From the NCBI GenBank assembly GCA_009103225.1, contig RHPI01003041.1, positions 205,439 through 269,438 of the forward strand: DNA of 64,000 bases. The letters run 5' to 3'. The position numbers were made by a program, and so were the translations under genes. This document shows, piece after piece, positions 60,701 through 64,000 of this stretch. How positions within the stretch are numbered: the stretch's first letter is position 1; every line of letters starts with the position of its first letter. This stretch comes from Chlorokybus atmophyticus. Its lineage: Eukaryota > Plantae > Mesostigma and Chlorokybus algae. The notes beneath the pieces are model-generated. The model was not told the origin of the DNA. It saw only the letters and a program-made list of their open reading frames with translations, and did not search any database.

Positions 60701-62967
60701 CAAGTTTGTGGTGCATCCGTTTAATGGAAGAAGGCTGCCGATCATTACAGACGCGGTGCTGGTTGATATGTCCTTTGGCACAGGCGCTGTGAAGGTGAGC
60801 TGATGCTCTGTGTATGTGTATGTGTGCGCGCGCGCGCGCGTGCTTGTCTCTCTGTGTGCGTGTGCGTATGTGTTCACTACTGTGGCTTTGCGTTGCTCAC
60901 GTGGACATTTTTGTTGTGCAGATCACGCCTGCTCACGATCCCAACGATTTCGAGACGGGCAGGAGGCACAACCTGCAGTTCATCAACATCTTGACGGATG
61001 ATGGGTGCATTAACAGCAACGGCGGGGAAGGGTTTGTTGGCCTCCCGCGCTTTGAGGCCCGCACGGCCGTCATCAAAGCCTTGCAAGACAAGGGTCTCTA
61101 CCGCGGCGCGGCGGACAACCCGATGCGTTTGGGCGTGTGCTCGCGGTCCAACGATGTGATTGAGCCCGTGATCAAGCCGCAGTGGTATGTGAAGTGCGGG
61201 GACATGGCTGCCAATGCCGCCAAGGTTGTCACGGACGGAGACATGGATATCGTGCCGAAGGTCTTCGAGGACGTGTGGTTCAGGTGGATGGAGAACATAC
61301 GCGACTGGTGCGTGTCGAGACAGCTGTGGTGGGGACATCGCATACCCGCCTGGCACGCGTCTCTCCCCGGCGAACCCACGTTGTCTCAGGGCGGCGAGAG
61401 GGATACCACACGTTGGGTTGTTGCGCGCAATGAGGATGAAGCAAGGGCCAAAGCTGTTGATATGCTCGGGCGCGAGGACGTTGCGTTGGAACAGGACCCC
61501 GATGTGCTGGACACGTGGTTCTCATCCGGACTATTCCCCTTCTCAGTGTTTGGTTGGCCCGACAACACGCCCGACTTGCAAGCCTTCTACCCAACATCGT
61601 TGCTTGAAACCGGCCACGACATCCTCTTCTTCTGGGTCGCGAGGATGGTGATGATGGGTCTGCAATTGACACAACAAGTGCCCTTCAAGCAGGTGTTCTT
61701 GCATGCGATGGTGCGCGACGCACACGGGCGCAAGATGAGCAAGTCTTTGGGCAACGTGATCGACCCGCTGGAGGTCATAGAGGGCGTGTCGTTGGAGGAG
61801 TTGCACGCGAAGCTCGAGCAGGGCAACCTTGAGGAGAAAGAGGTCGAGAGGGCCAAAGCTGCGCAGAAAGAGGACTTCCCTGATGGGATTGCCGAGTGCG
61901 GGACTGATGCCCTTCGCTTCGCCCTCCTCGCGTACACGACGCAACCGCGCGACATCAACCTCGACGTGAAGCGTGTTGTTGGGTACCGCATGTGGTGCAA
62001 TAAGCTGTGGAACGCCACACGCTTCGCCCTCATGAACCTAACGGACTTCACTCCTCACGAGGGAGTAATGCATGTGGACACGTCATCGTTGTCCTCCCCG
62101 CTCGCAGTAAGGTGGGTCCTCTCGCGCCTCAACAACGCCATCAACACGACCGTGAAGGCCTTCGAGGCCTACGAGTTTGCCAACGTGACCACGAGCGTGT
62201 ACGCCTTCTGGCAGTACGAGCTTTGCGATGTGTACATCGAGTTGATGAAGCCGCTGTTGACTGGGCCGGATGTGACGGCGAAACAACATGCTCAGGCCGC
62301 ACTGTGGACCTGTCTGGATTGTGGCCTTCGCCTCCTTCACCCTATTATGCCTTTTGTCACGGAAGAACTCTGGCAACGGCTGCCAAGGACTGAAACCCAA
62401 CGCAATGCCACGCCCTCTATTTGTGTCGCAGAGTACCCAAAGCATGTTGATGCGTGGGTTGATGAGGATGCAGAGAGGGTGATGAGTATAGTTGACAGCG
62501 CTGCACGCGCCACGCGACAACTGAGAATGGCCTACAACGTGCCGCCGAAACAGCGGGTCCACGTGTCCGTCCTGTGCCGAGGTGGCGAGGACCTCGCGCG
62601 CGTGGTGGAGGGCGCGGCCGGTGACGTGGCCACGCTGGCGGGGTGTGCGCGTGTGGATGTGCTCAAAGAGGGTGAGAGCGCACCTCCCGGCAGCGCTGTT
62701 GGTATTGTTGATGATGCCATGAGCGTGTATCTCCACCTACGCGGCGTGGTGGACCCTGCGACCGAGCTGGACAAGCTGCGCAAGCGCGAGGAGGAGACGC
62801 GTAAGAGTGCCAATGTCCTCGAGAAGAAGATGAATGCCACCGGATATGTAGACAAGGTGCCACACGCTGTCCAGGACGACAACCGAGCCAAGGCAGCCAA
62901 GCTACAGGCCGAACTCGACTCCATTGCTGAGGCTGCGGAGGCATTCCATAAGCTGCTATTAGAGTGA
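57737..62967 (+). CDS. VARS1: Valyl-tRNA synthetase, eukaryotic cytosolic type
   Basis: [68 protein letters not shown] and TDALRF. Lys-rich N-terminal extension. Confidence 0.98.
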
Positions 62968-63633
62968 CATTTGTCGTTGTGGCTGAATGATTGATTCAAC
63001 TCAAGTTGGCAGCCTGCTGTTTTCTGGTCTGTTTGTTGCAGTGGCCATGTGCATGAAGGTGTGGTCATGCTGCGCGTGTTGGTACATGCATGCCATGTTC
63101 ATGTGATGTTGAGCGACCGAGTGCATGCAACAAAAGGCTGTTGGCTTCACTGTGTTGTGGCAACTGCAAGATACGCTGTCGCAGTTGTGTTGCACTGCTC
63201 GTGTCTACCTTTCCTTCACAATAGGAGAAGAGACTTGCATCGCACTCTGTCCATCCGACAATGTTGCGTGCTATCACTCGTCCAGGACCTCAGTAAGGGG
63301 CCGGAGCTTTCTCTAGACAGCTAGCTAACATTGTCCAATTTGGAACACAATGTGATGTTGTGACCCGCTATGCTAATCTCCTCCTCCTGCATGACACTCC
63401 AATAGCAAATGGCCACTGGCACAGACATTGCCACGCTGTAACCAGCGTACCAGTACGGTACCAGGCAATAATTACGCGCGCACTGATATCTAACACTTAT
63501 GCGACATCTTGCACCGATATTCGCGCCCAAGATCAAAAGTGTATCGGAGATCTGACTTTCTGATCTCCGATACACATAGTGTGCAGTTTGGGCTGGTTTG
63601 TTGGCATTGGCGGCATTGCTAGCATCATCCACC

Positions 63634-64000
63634 ATGGCGGCGGCGACGGCGACGGCGGCGGCGATGGCAGCGTCAGCTGGGCTCGTATCATCCTCGTCAT
63701 TCACCTCCGTTTCTAGCAGGAGGAGAGAAGCATGCACCTCACTGCATGGCTCCCGCCGCCGCCTGAAGGCGCACACCCACAAGCCCACCCACAAGGCCAA
63801 CAACATGGTGAGGGTGGCGGCGACGTCGGTGGAGAGGGACGAGACCGTGGCCGAGAGACCAGAGGAGCCTGCTGTGGTTGGTCTCGGTGAGGCTCTGTGG
63901 GACGTGTTCAAGGACGCCAGGCGGCCTGGCGGCGCCCCGGCCAACGTGGCCTGGCATGCGGGCCAGATGGGCTGTCGTGGCGTCCTGGCCTCACGCGTAG
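63634..64000 (+). CDS. PfkB-family carbohydrate kinase (fructokinase-like) with plastid transit peptide, truncated by the window end
   Basis: MAAATATAAAMAASAGLVSSSSFTSVSSRRRE... in frame with VVGLGEALWDVFKDARRPGGAPANVAWHAGQMG (PfkB N-terminal signature). Confidence 0.9.
   Translation, partial: MAAATATAAAMAASAGLVSSSSFTSVSSRRREACTSLHGSRRRLKAHTHKPTHKANNMVRVAATSVERDETVAERPEEPAVVGLGEALWDVFKDARRPGGAPANVAWHAGQMGCRGVLASRV

Noticed and set aside
63321-63944. 207-aa minus-strand ORF
   Set aside because: Antisense to the PfkB transit peptide and N-terminus; no recognisable motifs.

Overview
Eukaryotic, intron-rich genomic window with three assembly gaps or Ns of note. Plastid-type transit peptides and a CFAP57-like flagellar protein suggest a flagellated green-lineage alga (inference). 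Three zones. (1) About 2.2-16.4 kb is a decayed ~14.2-kb multi-gene DNA transposon of the Plavaka/CMC (CACTA-related) type. It carries a DDE transposase plus cargo: a zinc-finger/Tudor/phage-like C5-cytosine methyltransferase fusion, a large zinc-finger/OTU-protease gene and two unknown genes. It has candidate imperfect termini with a 2-bp CA target-site duplication, subterminal repeat arrays, and a palindromic GTACCAT-N2-4-ATGGTAC motif clustered in front of every transcription unit. This is the most novel-looking system here. (2) About 16.8-38 kb is an inverted segmental duplication with two intact, divergent PNGase A-like genes that lack the family's most conserved motifs, and a WD40-less CFAP57-like coiled-coil gene with a pseudogenised partial copy. 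(3) About 45.5-64 kb is gene-dense housekeeping DNA: DNA2 nuclease/helicase, a cN-II/NT5DC-type 5'-nucleotidase, a DUF2237 protein, valyl-tRNA synthetase and the 5' end of a bacterial-type PfkB fructokinase. All family assignments come from motif recognition by eye; no database search was run.
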